A stretch of 64,000 nucleotides of DNA, taken from NCBI GenBank assembly GCA_012523295.1, contig JAAYIT010000048.1:2300-66299 (forward strand), in the 5' to 3' direction. The notes below the pieces were generated by a model. It was not told where the DNA came from. It worked only from the letters and a program-made list of their open reading frames with translations, and did no database searches. The stretch comes from Porphyromonadaceae bacterium (GTDB lineage Bacteria > Bacteroidota > Bacteroidia > Bacteroidales > Paludibacteraceae). How positions within the stretch are numbered: position 1 is the first letter of the stretch; every line of letters begins with the position of its first letter. The translations under genes were made by a program, and so were the position numbers. This document shows, piece by piece, positions 47,281 through 56,904 of the stretch.

Positions 47281-47840
47281 GACTTAGGATTTTCTTGGTT
47301 TATCGGTCGGGTAGATTGGCAATCGAAAAATGGATTTTTCGACGAACAACTTATCGGAATGGCATAAATATTCGAACATCCGGGCATCCAACCAAGTTCT
47401 TGCGCTACGCGCCCCGCCGAAAACATCACCCGACTGTCTACGCGCCAATCCGAAGCGGTAGCGCACGCCGAACCAATCGCTATGCCTACATCGACAGAAT
47501 TAAGCGAGCAAGGAACTTCGTCGTATTTCAATTTTTCGTCGCACGTCGGAAATCCGCAATAGCCACAATTTAAGCCATGAGTTTTAGTTTTGGTGCCAAT
47601 CAAAAGAATGGCTTCGGCTTGCAGGATGTTTTCTGCATCGCGCAAAATAAATTTTAAGCCTGTTTTTTCGCCGTAACTGAGCATTTCTGCTGAAAGCTCA
47701 GCAATGTGTTCGTCCGTTACGGTGATAATTTCTATCAAGTCCAAGCCTTTCCCTTTTGGCGCGGTACGGGCGGAAGTTACCATCGCATCGGCGACTTGGA
47801 GTAAACGTGATTGGCGGTTGGTACGTTCGTTGAGTAGCAT
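47277..47840 (-). CDS. DUF2148-like ferredoxin-domain protein
   Basis: 187 aa with a Cys cluster (GLNCGYCGFPTC). It overlaps the downstream B3/B4 gene by 4 nt. Confidence 0.6.
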   Translation of the reverse strand: MLLNERTNRQSRLLQVADAMVTSARTAPKGKGLDLIEIITVTDEHIAELSAEMLSYGEKTGLKFILRDAENILQAEAILLIGTKTKTHGLNCGYCGFPTCDEKLKYDEVPCSLNSVDVGIAIGSACATASDWRVDSRVMFSAGRVAQELGWMPGCSNIYAIPISCSSKNPFFDCQSTRPINQENPKS

Positions 47841-47902
47841 AATAAAAAGCCCCTTAATCCCGCAGGATATAGCTGTTAAATTCTAATTTTTAATTCGCTT
47901 TT

Positions 47903-48143
47903 ACAACTATTCCAACGGTCTGCGACCAGTTGGAAAGTTGATCTTTCAACTTTTGAAGTGGTTAGAAACCCTTCAAATAGTTGAAATAAAGAAGAACATA
48001 ACAGCCCCTGAGAAGGAATTATATCGGGGCTGATAAAGTTTTACTAAGTTATTTACGAAAATATTGGATTTCAAAATTACGTAATTTTCAACGAACACAC
48101 AACTCCTCGGAAATCTCTTGGGTGTGGCGACATTCCTGTCGCC
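47903..48143 (+). repeat. Family E intergenic repeat, copy 2
   Basis: The core 47903..47975 matches the reverse complement of 34518..34595. The hairpin GGCGACATTCCTGTCGCC lies at 48126..48143, nested in the long stem GGGTGTGGCG...CGCCACACCC. Confidence 0.7.
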
Positions 48144-48184
48144 AAAATGGCGGTAAGAATACCGCCACACCCGAAGCGTATCCG

Positions 48185-48223
48185 AAAAAAATAACAGGCA
48201 CGATAGCGCTCTACCGTGCCTGT
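48185..48223 (-). terminator. Rho-independent terminator of the B12 operon
   Basis: Stem ACAGGCACG / CGTGCCTGT with a T-run on the minus strand, about 50 nt after the stop at 48272. Confidence 0.7.
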
Positions 48224-48271
48224 CAACTTGACATATATTTAATTAACCAAAAATGGTTCGTGAGGATGAAG

Positions 48272-48997
48272 TTATTTTTTAACTTCTTGCGTAAACTCTA
48301 CATTGTCAATACATACATATTTGGGTGTGTTGAGTCCCCACTCACCCTTATCCGATGAATCGAAAGTGAAACGTACCTTATCTACTTCGCCTAATTTGCT
48401 GACATCCACTTTTTCCCACTTGTCGGAAATAAATGATTTACCGTTCCGAAAATCAGCAAGGTAATAATCAACTTTTCCGGTTTCGGTGCTACCAGAAAAA
48501 CCGGTAATCGTTACCTTAAACCAATCGCCTGCTTCAAATTTCTTGGAATAATCACTTCCGTTTTTAATGATATAATACGCTGTAGTAGTGTTTGTTAACT
48601 GTATGTTCTTAATCTTGTATGCGCCATAAACATTAGCAACAGAATGAACGTATGCCGTATCATACACTACCCCAAATTTTTTGGAGTTTAACGCACCGCT
48701 TCCCGCAATTACGTTGTACTGATTCATGCCGTCATATCCCTCCGCTTTGGTGTCTGTGTGCGAAGAGCAGGCAATTCCGCCATTCCAAAATGCGCTTCCG
48801 TTCATTTGAAATTTAATTCCTTTTGACTCGAATGTCTCGGTGGTGATTCCGTCTTCATTTAATGTTACATCTTCAAAATCAATGATTGTGGTAGTAATTT
48901 TGAGATCGGGTCCACCAATGGTGGTGTCGTCTTTTTTGCAAGAAGTAAATGTAACGGCAAGTAACAGTATTACGTAAAATAAATTTATTTTTTTCAT
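48272..48997 (-). CDS. DUF4465-like surface lipoprotein (candidate corrinoid-binding accessory protein)
   Basis: 241 aa with a lipoprotein signal (VTFTSCKKD) and the pattern FWNGGIACSSHTD...NQYNVIAGSG...KYVCIDNVEF. It is the last gene of the riboswitch-controlled operon. Confidence 0.55.
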   Translation of the reverse strand: MKKINLFYVILLLAVTFTSCKKDDTTIGGPDLKITTTIIDFEDVTLNEDGITTETFESKGIKFQMNGSAFWNGGIACSSHTDTKAEGYDGMNQYNVIAGSGALNSKKFGVVYDTAYVHSVANVYGAYKIKNIQLTNTTTAYYIIKNGSDYSKKFEAGDWFKVTITGFSGSTETGKVDYYLADFRNGKSFISDKWEKVDVSKLGEVDKVRFTFDSSDKGEWGLNTPKYVCIDNVEFTQEVKK

Positions 48998-49012
48998 TGT
49001 TTTGTAAATTTT

Positions 49013-52000
49013 TTATTGTTTGATAAATTTCATTGTTTTATTATTTATTTTCGCCACGTACACACCGTTTGTCCAGCTACTTACGTTTATTTGCGTACCG
49101 GCTGTGTAGTTGGTGTTTTCATACACTTTTACGCCCGCGGCGGAATAAATGGACAAATAGCCGTCTGCACTTACGCTAACGACATGAGTAGCGGGATTGG
49201 GCGAAACAAGAATAATTGATTGTTTATTATCGGTCAATCCCGTAGGTTTTGACACAACTAAACTTACCTTACTTGACTCAACGGAGGAAACTTCGTTCTT
49301 CACAATACAGTGATATTCACCGCTATCGCTTTCTTGCGCGTTTGGTATAGAGAGTGAACTTTCGGTTGCACCATCAATCGGTTCTGACGCAGTAGGCGCT
49401 TGTTGAGCAATTCCCGAAGGCGCTGTGGCAGATTTATACCACTGATAAGTTAGATTATCTCCTTCTGCAACAACTGAAAGCGTAACATCATCTCCAACGG
49501 TTGCAGATCCTGCTACGGGTTGAGTGGTAATTACCGCTTTGGCAAGAACAGTCAGCGTTACTTTTTCAGAAGCCATTACGCCTGCGTCATTCGTTACCAC
49601 ACAATGGTATGTACCGTTTTTGTCTTTTAGTAGTTGTTCAAACAAAATAGAGTAAGTTGCACTTGTTGCCCCGCTGATTGGCTCATCGTCTTTGTACCAT
49701 TGGTATCGTAGATTACCACCACGAGCGGTAATCGAGAATGAAGCGAATGCATTTTCAGCTTTTACCAATGAAACGGGCTGTTCGGTAATTTCCGGTACAA
49801 TTAACCGTGCTGTAAACAACACTTTTTCGGAAACAACTTCACCTGCCGAGTTTTTAACAACGCAATGAAACTGAGCGCCATTATCTTCTAATTTAGTAAC
49901 AATGGAATACATGGACGAAGTGGCATTATTAATTAGCGCATCATCTCTATACCATTGATAAGCCAAGTCGCCACCGATTGCTTCCACGGTGAATGTTGCT
50001 ATTTCCCCGACTACTACGTCTTGTGCCGTAGGTTGAGTAGTTATTTCCGGTACAGCAATAACGTTGACGTTAAGCGTAGTAGAAACCAATTTGCCGTTTG
50101 AATTGGCTTTTAATGTCAATTTTGTGGTGCCAAGTGTTCCTTTTGATTTTAGCGTTAAGGAATCGCCTGAGATTTTCACATCCACTAAGTCGGGATTGTC
50201 CACACTAAAAGATTTGACAATTGCTTTATCAAAATTGTCTTTATCGGTAATTTTATCTCCCAAGTAGATTGCCGTGTCATTTTTGAAAGAAATTTTTCCT
50301 AATTGCGTATTGTCGATAACGGGACCATAATTATCGGGGAAAACAGGCATAGCGGGGAACCAATAATGTTTTTCCATTTCATATTCTCTCAAAACTTCGC
50401 CATCTACGGCATTAATCTGTATGACCTTATAAGATTGGTCGCCAAAGCCTTTAAACATGGAAGCATAAATGTGGTCTGTTTCAGGGCTAATTCGAAAACC
50501 TGCTCCGTACAACCCCCAATCGTCAGTGGATTCATAAACGACTACAGGCTCGGCTGACGGATCGTCTAAATCCAATTTATATATTTTTTTTGAAGGCATC
50601 CAACCGCCGTTATTTTTCCAATAAAGCGTATTGGTCTGCTTGGAAGCGCAGAATCCGTCCGCTGTCCACGCGTACCACGAATTGGGGATTGAAGCTTCAT
50701 TAGGGAGTATTCTATTTTCAGTTTCCAATGTATAAGGATTTATTTTAACCAATGTCTTGCCGGAGTTAGCCGTTTCGTCGGTACTTGCCCACACATTGCC
50801 GTCTTTACTCATAACGATAGAGCCGTACTTTCCGTTAATGGTGGTTTCCAAGGTGTTGGTAAGCGCGTTGATAACCAAAATGCCTTTGTTTTGCAGAACG
50901 GCAAAAACCCGGTTGCCTACGCGTAGCATGGTTCCCACTTGTCCGTTATACGGACCGCCTTCGCCCGAAGTGCCTTCAATTTTATTTCCAACGGTTAAAT
51001 TATTTATATCAAAAAGATAAATACCGCCCGATGTACCAATATAGCCCGTATTTTCATCTACGCCAAGGAAGGAACGACCGTCAGCGCCACCGATAGTTGG
51101 AAATTCGGCTTTTACTTTCATCGTAACAGCATCCGCCACAGCCAACCTGCTACCTTGAATGGAAGCGCCCCCGTCTTTGTCCTGCTTGGAAACAATGTAC
51201 ATTTTCCCCCCGTAAATAGTTCCAAATGGTGCAGTAGCGCCCAATTCATGCCCCGAATTTTCTTTTTGGAATACTCGGTAGGTCCAATCTCCGTCGTTGG
51301 ACAGGAAGTTGACCGTACTATTGTTGTGTCCGAACCAATCTTCGTTTACAAAGAATGTTCCTTGCGAGTAGTTGGGTGTTGCGGTGGAAGCTATAAACTT
51401 GCTGTTTATGCTCTCATCGCTAATCCAACTAAAGTCCGGATTAGCTACCCAAAGGTCCCAACAGCCATCGGTAAGCGTCCGGCTTGTAGCTCCGACATGT
51501 GAACCGTTGAATTCAGAAGTAAAATCGGCTCTGATCATATACGTCAAAAATCCGTTGTTCCATCCGCCAAACCAATAATCGTCGGCATCAAGCAGTTCCC
51601 AACCGTCAAAGTTATAATTACCCGAAGGAGATAGTATTCCATCTTCAGGGTAGAGGTTAACGCCGGATTTAGTTAAACCGACATTACCGTTGAAATCTCG
51701 GTCATAGCCCAATCCACCTACAGCAACTCCATATTGCGTACTGCCCATCAACAAAACGTACAGCCGGGCATCTTGTTTCGCGATGGCACGAAGCATCTGC
51801 TCCCCCGTGCCTTCAGCTTCATTTTCCCAACGGTACCCCCAAACCATCACGGGCGCATCGGTTCCGTCTGCGTTTTTCCACTGAATGCCCATGGCTGCCT
51901 GCTTTGAACCACTCCCAACCCAAAAAGCAATGCTGTCCATGTTGAAAGTTTTGTTGGAAGCGGTAACCGCGCCCGGCGCTTTTTTAATCTTCGTTCCGGC

Positions 52001-52132
52001 TTTCTGAACCGTTTGTAACTTGGTTAATTCTTTGGCGCTGAAAGGGTGTCCTTGTTTTGTCTGCGCCGTTGCGGTGTGTATTCCGAAAAATATTGAAATA
52101 CAAACTAATGAATACGTAAATAGTTTTTTCAT
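49013..52132 (-). CDS. Large T9SS cargo protein: N-terminal domain, BtuG-like propeller region, three Ig (I-set-like) repeats and a CTD
   Basis: 1039 aa with a signal peptide. The segment FFVNEDWFGHNNSTVNFL...GGKMYIVS is paralogous to the N-terminus of the 408-aa propeller protein. Three ~90-aa repeats each contain QWY[RK]. The tail (VSPNPATHVVSV...GVYVAKI) looks like a T9SS sorting domain. Confidence 0.7.
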   Translation of the reverse strand: MKKLFTYSLVCISIFFGIHTATAQTKQGHPFSAKELTKLQTVQKAGTKIKKAPGAVTASNKTFNMDSIAFWVGSGSKQAAMGIQWKNADGTDAPVMVWGYRWENEAEGTGEQMLRAIAKQDARLYVLLMGSTQYGVAVGGLGYDRDFNGNVGLTKSGVNLYPEDGILSPSGNYNFDGWELLDADDYWFGGWNNGFLTYMIRADFTSEFNGSHVGATSRTLTDGCWDLWVANPDFSWISDESINSKFIASTATPNYSQGTFFVNEDWFGHNNSTVNFLSNDGDWTYRVFQKENSGHELGATAPFGTIYGGKMYIVSKQDKDGGASIQGSRLAVADAVTMKVKAEFPTIGGADGRSFLGVDENTGYIGTSGGIYLFDINNLTVGNKIEGTSGEGGPYNGQVGTMLRVGNRVFAVLQNKGILVINALTNTLETTINGKYGSIVMSKDGNVWASTDETANSGKTLVKINPYTLETENRILPNEASIPNSWYAWTADGFCASKQTNTLYWKNNGGWMPSKKIYKLDLDDPSAEPVVVYESTDDWGLYGAGFRISPETDHIYASMFKGFGDQSYKVIQINAVDGEVLREYEMEKHYWFPAMPVFPDNYGPVIDNTQLGKISFKNDTAIYLGDKITDKDNFDKAIVKSFSVDNPDLVDVKISGDSLTLKSKGTLGTTKLTLKANSNGKLVSTTLNVNVIAVPEITTQPTAQDVVVGEIATFTVEAIGGDLAYQWYRDDALINNATSSMYSIVTKLEDNGAQFHCVVKNSAGEVVSEKVLFTARLIVPEITEQPVSLVKAENAFASFSITARGGNLRYQWYKDDEPISGATSATYSILFEQLLKDKNGTYHCVVTNDAGVMASEKVTLTVLAKAVITTQPVAGSATVGDDVTLSVVAEGDNLTYQWYKSATAPSGIAQQAPTASEPIDGATESSLSIPNAQESDSGEYHCIVKNEVSSVESSKVSLVVSKPTGLTDNKQSIILVSPNPATHVVSVSADGYLSIYSAAGVKVYENTNYTAGTQINVSSWTNGVYVAKINNKTMKFIKQ

Positions 52133-52324
52133 TTGTTAAAAAAGCCCCCTATCTCCCGCAGGGAGAATTTAGAGCATTGAATTATGTTTGTAAAATTGTT
52201 GATAATAAATTTAATCATTCCCTACCCGAACTACTTTCCCGAATTCCGACAGATCGGAACGAGATAGGCGGGGACAAGCGGTATGTCATTTTTTTGTTTA
52301 TGGGTGTTTCAATAAGATTGTTTC

Positions 52325-53506
52325 TTATTTTATGAATTTTCTCGTTATTATCTCGTTCCCTATTTTTATTTTTGCTATATAAACGCCTGCAGGAATGTGT
52401 TGTAAATCAACAAACTGCGTGTTGTGGCTCGTTGCTATAGTCTTTCCGTGCATGTCCAAAATGGTGATTTCTTTAATCTCACCGGCGCTTCTGACCGTTA
52501 ATCTGCCTTGCGAAACAAGTAACAGCGCTTGAGTGGCTGTGGGGTTTTTCACGCTCGAAACCACAGCATCGGGGTGCAGGTCGGTAACGCCCATCACTTC
52601 GGTGGAAGTTTCGCCGAGCCAACCGCAGTATTGGTTTACCGCGGTATAGATTTTCACAAAATCAATGGCTGGCAAATGCACAGGATTACCATCGGCATCT
52701 ACCGCCCACTCGATATTCATATTTGACATTTCATCGGTGTTCGGCGCATTGTCGGCATACCCCCAAGGATAAGCATATTGAACATAATAACTGCCGTTGC
52801 CACTTTCGTCTATGTAATTATTCGCGAGTTTTGTGCCGTTAAACGTCAGTTCGCTGTCCGAAATCCACTGCGGATAATACGGCTGATTGTGAAACGTATT
52901 TCGATACAAATGCCCGCTCCCGTGCCCATTTGTGGTCCATCGAATGTAAGTAGTGTCATTCAAGAATGTATAATTGTTGTCCGGATCTTTTACTTTGTTT
53001 TCATCGGGTTTATAGTAGGTGATTTGATAATTTTTAATGGTTTCGGGTTTGCTGTATTCGCTTCCGGCAAGTTCGTACCAAGGATCGTCGGGCAGTCCGT
53101 TTTTATTCACATCTACCGAAACCATTACAATGCCCGGCTCGCAACTTCCACCACGCCTGGGTGCATCAGGATTGGGATTTGTATTAGCCCAAAAGGCGTT
53201 GCCAAGTACTTTGAAGTCTGCCAGACCGGCTACATTGACAATCGGGTGATCGAAACCCACGACAACATATCCGCCGTATCCGCCTAACGAAATCATCACC
53301 TTATTGTCGTCTGCGAGATTTGCTTGTGCTTTGGCTCTCATTGTTTCGGGTGTGTCGCCTGCTTCGTATGGCGGTAATTCATTGATATACTGCCCGGGCG
53401 CAGGTCGATACTCGAACACACGCTTAATATAAGGTGAGTTTTGAGCGTTGATCCCAAAAATGATTACGCTGAATATCAGTAAAAAAGTGTATTTCCGTGC
53501 CTTCAT
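52325..53506 (-). CDS. T9SS cargo protein of unknown function
   Basis: 393 aa with a signal peptide. The conserved-looking core is ISLGGYGGYVVVGFDHPI ... CEPGIVMVSVDVNKNGLPDDPWYELAGSEY, and the CTD-like tail contains AGVYIAKIKIGNEIITRKFIK. Confidence 0.6.
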   Translation of the reverse strand: MKARKYTFLLIFSVIIFGINAQNSPYIKRVFEYRPAPGQYINELPPYEAGDTPETMRAKAQANLADDNKVMISLGGYGGYVVVGFDHPIVNVAGLADFKVLGNAFWANTNPNPDAPRRGGSCEPGIVMVSVDVNKNGLPDDPWYELAGSEYSKPETIKNYQITYYKPDENKVKDPDNNYTFLNDTTYIRWTTNGHGSGHLYRNTFHNQPYYPQWISDSELTFNGTKLANNYIDESGNGSYYVQYAYPWGYADNAPNTDEMSNMNIEWAVDADGNPVHLPAIDFVKIYTAVNQYCGWLGETSTEVMGVTDLHPDAVVSSVKNPTATQALLLVSQGRLTVRSAGEIKEITILDMHGKTIATSHNTQFVDLQHIPAGVYIAKIKIGNEIITRKFIK

Positions 53507-53510
53507 AATA

Positions 53511-54737
53511 TTAGTTTTTATAAATTATTTTATTCGTTTGAACCGTATCTGTCGGTATTGTATCTTGTTTTTCTATCGGCAACAGTGCAAAATGTGCCGG
53601 AATGTCGCCCGTGCGGACACTCCATTTCTTTTTTCCGTCTTTGTCAAAACAATAAAGCAAACCCGGCGAAACGTAGTTGCCGGCATCAGTTACGTAAATG
53701 TCTTTTGTTTTAGGCTCAACCAAAATTCCATACGGGATTTTGATCAACTTATCGGTGCCGTCGGATATAAAATTCCGACTTTCAATTTTTCGGGTCAATG
53801 TATTTACAATGGCGTAGGTTATTTCGTTTGTGTTAGTGATATGGCTCCATTCCACGCTGTACACATAGAGCGAGTCACCGCTCAAATACATATTGCTTAC
53901 ACCAGTAGGAATGGTATCGGTAACGCGTTGTTGCTTGCGGTCAATGAAGTACAAGCGCGACGGGTGTCCCTTGTAGTCACCGCGCGAACCCACCCAAAGG
54001 TTACCGCGTTGGTCGGCTCGAATGCGGTGGAGATTGTAATCTACATCAATGCGTTTTTCTTCTTTGAATGTATTCAAATCAATGACAGACACCGTTCGTT
54101 CATAGTTTTTCAAATTACCGGCACCCATGTATCCACCGGAATTGGTTACATAAATCTTCCCGTTCACAATTGCCAACTCATCGGGCTGAAAACCAACTAT
54201 GCACCTGTCAACTTCTTGCAGGGTAGCGGTATCTATTTTTGCCACAAAACCCTTTTGGGTGTAATTCGGATTAACTTCCACCGGACCGGCATAGGACGTT
54301 ACGTAGGCATACTTCCCCAAAAACCGAATGTATCGGCAGTTGGGTATATCTATCTGCCCGATACGCTTGGCAGTACGGGCTTCCATCACTTCTATCTTGT
54401 TGGAGCAATTAATCACGGCATAGAGTTTATTCCCGTATATTTGTAAGTCGTTTCCCACGTCGCCAAGCTCTTTGGGCACCATCGGATTTACTTCGGCATA
54501 AATATTTCGCTTGTAATTTCCGGTGCTGAAATCCATATAGTCAAGCGTGGACTTGTTACTGCCCATATTGCCTTCGTTGAGCAGGTAAAAGCCGACGGCA
54601 TCGGTTACTTCGCGCGGATAACCAAGCTCAATCGTTTCCGAAAGGTGCATTTCCACATCGCCCCGACAGCCGATTACACTTACAGCAACGATAATAGTCG
54701 TAAAGAAATAGAATCGTATTTTTTTAGGAAACATCAT
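53511..54737 (-). CDS. Beta-propeller surface lipoprotein, BtuG-like (YncE/DUF5074-like)
   Basis: 408 aa with a lipoprotein signal (VSVIGCRGD) and repeated blade-like segments (LYAVINCSNKIEV, AYVTSYAG, IYVTNSGG, LWVGSRGD, LYVYS, IYVTDAGN). Its start overlaps the btuB stop by 4 nt. Confidence 0.6.
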   Translation of the reverse strand: MMFPKKIRFYFFTTIIVAVSVIGCRGDVEMHLSETIELGYPREVTDAVGFYLLNEGNMGSNKSTLDYMDFSTGNYKRNIYAEVNPMVPKELGDVGNDLQIYGNKLYAVINCSNKIEVMEARTAKRIGQIDIPNCRYIRFLGKYAYVTSYAGPVEVNPNYTQKGFVAKIDTATLQEVDRCIVGFQPDELAIVNGKIYVTNSGGYMGAGNLKNYERTVSVIDLNTFKEEKRIDVDYNLHRIRADQRGNLWVGSRGDYKGHPSRLYFIDRKQQRVTDTIPTGVSNMYLSGDSLYVYSVEWSHITNTNEITYAIVNTLTRKIESRNFISDGTDKLIKIPYGILVEPKTKDIYVTDAGNYVSPGLLYCFDKDGKKKWSVRTGDIPAHFALLPIEKQDTIPTDTVQTNKIIYKN

Positions 54738-56788
54738 ACTTCGAAAGATAAAATTAGTTTGTAATTACGCTTGGGCATGGGATAGTTAAGTACTACTTCG
54801 TAATCTTGGCTGAAAATATTATTTATTTCAAGCGAGATTTTTGCACGGTTGCTTTTTATTTTGAAGTTTTTCACAATGTTCATATCGTGCGTGTACCACG
54901 GTTGTTCGTAGTTTTCGGGAATGTTGGCTGAATTGTGATAACGTTCGCCCACATAGATAAAGCTGTAATTCAACGTCAACGTTTTGTACTGAAAACTCGC
55001 AATAGCCGACCCGTTGTGCCACGGAATATACGGGATTTGACCGCCCCACGTCATAGCCTGCAACTCGGGACTTGCGTCGGGCGTAAAATCCTGCGCTTGT
55101 TGGTACGTATAAGTCAGCTTGACATTAGCGATCAGATTTTCAGCCGGTTGCAAGGAAGCTGACGTTGAGATATCCATTCCACGTATTTCAACGTATCCCA
55201 AATTCATCATCATCCACCGATACATTCCGCTTCCTTTGGGCACGGCAATGATTTTATTGGTTACTTGATTAAAGTACCCGTCCGCTTGAATTTGCCATTG
55301 ACGAAATATACTGTTTTTCAGTGCTTTGGTGTACTGAAAGCCGACATCATATTGGTGCGTGAATTCAGGTTTCAGGTTAACATTTCCAATATCGGTGTAG
55401 TAAAGGTCGTTGAATGTCGGCATTCGGAAAATATTTTTGTAGAATGCGTGCACGTTGAAGTCGGCAGTTCGGAACGGCTTGTAGGAAACGAAAAAAGCGG
55501 GAGTAAATTCCTGTTTGTCAGGCGCTGATTGTGCGTTGCCGGTTACTGCCGTGTTTCCGATTTTTATTTTTTCATTTACAAAAGTGCCCAAGACGCTTCC
55601 TTGCATTTTTACTTTTCCCAAATCAAGCGCCGAAGCTACCGCTATGAGTGCCGTCAGACGGTTAGGAAAAACAAAACCGGCAAGATTAGACGTAAGTGTA
55701 TTCCACTGTAAATCAGCGGAAAGAGATACGTCCCAATTTTTCAAGACAGCGTATTTGTTGGCTAATGAAAGGTAGATTTCCTGCTGATTGAAGGTGTTGT
55801 CAAGGTACATCAGCGTGGTGTCGGGATTGAGATAACGCATGTAATCGTTGGCGTACTTGGCGTTTACCTGCGTTTCCAATTTAGGGAAAATTGTTTTTTG
55901 CCATGAAGCCTGCGTGAAAAAGTTCCTATCCCATTGTCGTTGTGAGCGTTTCCACACGTTATTTACAATGGCTCCGGGAATTCCACGCTCGGAGTTATAA
56001 AAATAGGTTTTTACGTTCCACTTGCCATCTTCCATTGTGCCGTACAGTCCGCTTTCGAGACGCAGTGCGTGTATGTCGCCATTGGCACGCACGGCGGTAG
56101 TGTCATACACCGTTTTGTGCGTGGACGGGTGCACTCGTTTGTAGCGGTACTTGTATTTTCCGGACGAGTAAATATATTCCGAATTGAATGTAAAAGCTGT
56201 GTTAGCCTTTATTTTCTGTTCCCAAAGCAGAGACGGGTTAACTAAATGAAATGACCCGGTTTTGAAATTAAATTTCAGGTTGATGTTTTTGTCTTTCTCG
56301 AAACGGGGTGAGCGGGAGCGCAGATAAATCGTTCCTGCCGACCCGAAGTCTTTGGCAGGTTGAAATATCTCACTTTTCTGTCCGTTGTAAAGCGATATTT
56401 CTTCAATGTTTTCAAGCGAAAATTTACCCAAATCTATCTGTCCGTTCTGCGCATTGCCAAGTTGAATGCCATCGTAAAACACCCCCATGTGGTTGGTGCC
56501 CATACTTCTGATATTCACTGTTTTCAGACCGCCGATACCGCCGTAGTCTTTAATCTGCACACCAGCGAAATACCGAATGGCGTCAGCCACCGAAAAACTG
56601 TTGAGACTTTCGAGTTCCTTTCCGGAGAGTTTCTGCGCGGGGATAACTTCTTTGTAGGATTTTGCCGTTACCACCACTTCACGCAGTTGGCGTACGCTGT
56701 CATTTTCAGACTGCGCTTGCAGAGCCAAACCACATAAAATCAGCAGTAAAACAACGGTCAGAAGCCTTTTATCAAAGAATAAATCCAT
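54734..56788 (-). CDS. btuB: TonB-dependent outer-membrane transporter, probable cobalamin receptor
   Basis: 684 aa with a signal peptide, a TonB-box region (LREVVVTA), plug motifs (VADAIRYFAGVQIKDYGGIGGLKTVNIRSMGTNHMGVFYDG) and a barrel ending in V. It lies directly downstream of a cobalamin riboswitch. Confidence 0.78.
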   Translation of the reverse strand: MDLFFDKRLLTVVLLLILCGLALQAQSENDSVRQLREVVVTAKSYKEVIPAQKLSGKELESLNSFSVADAIRYFAGVQIKDYGGIGGLKTVNIRSMGTNHMGVFYDGIQLGNAQNGQIDLGKFSLENIEEISLYNGQKSEIFQPAKDFGSAGTIYLRSRSPRFEKDKNINLKFNFKTGSFHLVNPSLLWEQKIKANTAFTFNSEYIYSSGKYKYRYKRVHPSTHKTVYDTTAVRANGDIHALRLESGLYGTMEDGKWNVKTYFYNSERGIPGAIVNNVWKRSQRQWDRNFFTQASWQKTIFPKLETQVNAKYANDYMRYLNPDTTLMYLDNTFNQQEIYLSLANKYAVLKNWDVSLSADLQWNTLTSNLAGFVFPNRLTALIAVASALDLGKVKMQGSVLGTFVNEKIKIGNTAVTGNAQSAPDKQEFTPAFFVSYKPFRTADFNVHAFYKNIFRMPTFNDLYYTDIGNVNLKPEFTHQYDVGFQYTKALKNSIFRQWQIQADGYFNQVTNKIIAVPKGSGMYRWMMMNLGYVEIRGMDISTSASLQPAENLIANVKLTYTYQQAQDFTPDASPELQAMTWGGQIPYIPWHNGSAIASFQYKTLTLNYSFIYVGERYHNSANIPENYEQPWYTHDMNIVKNFKIKSNRAKISLEINNIFSQDYEVVLNYPMPKRNYKLILSFEV

Positions 56789-56904
56789 TTTTTCCCGAAT
56801 GAATTTTCAGGCAAAAAGATTAAAAACAGAAAAGCACAAAAGGTGGAAAATAAAAATTAGTTGTGCGTTCTATTTTTAAGCTTTAATTCCCGAAAGCGTT
56901 AAAT

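Noticed and set aside
52133-52324. Possible second riboswitch in the spacer before the 1039-aa gene (contains GGGAAAGTAGTTCGGGTAGGGAATG)
   Set aside because: Only a vague GGGAA-like resemblance is present. There is no GGTGAAA-TCC core and no B12 box.
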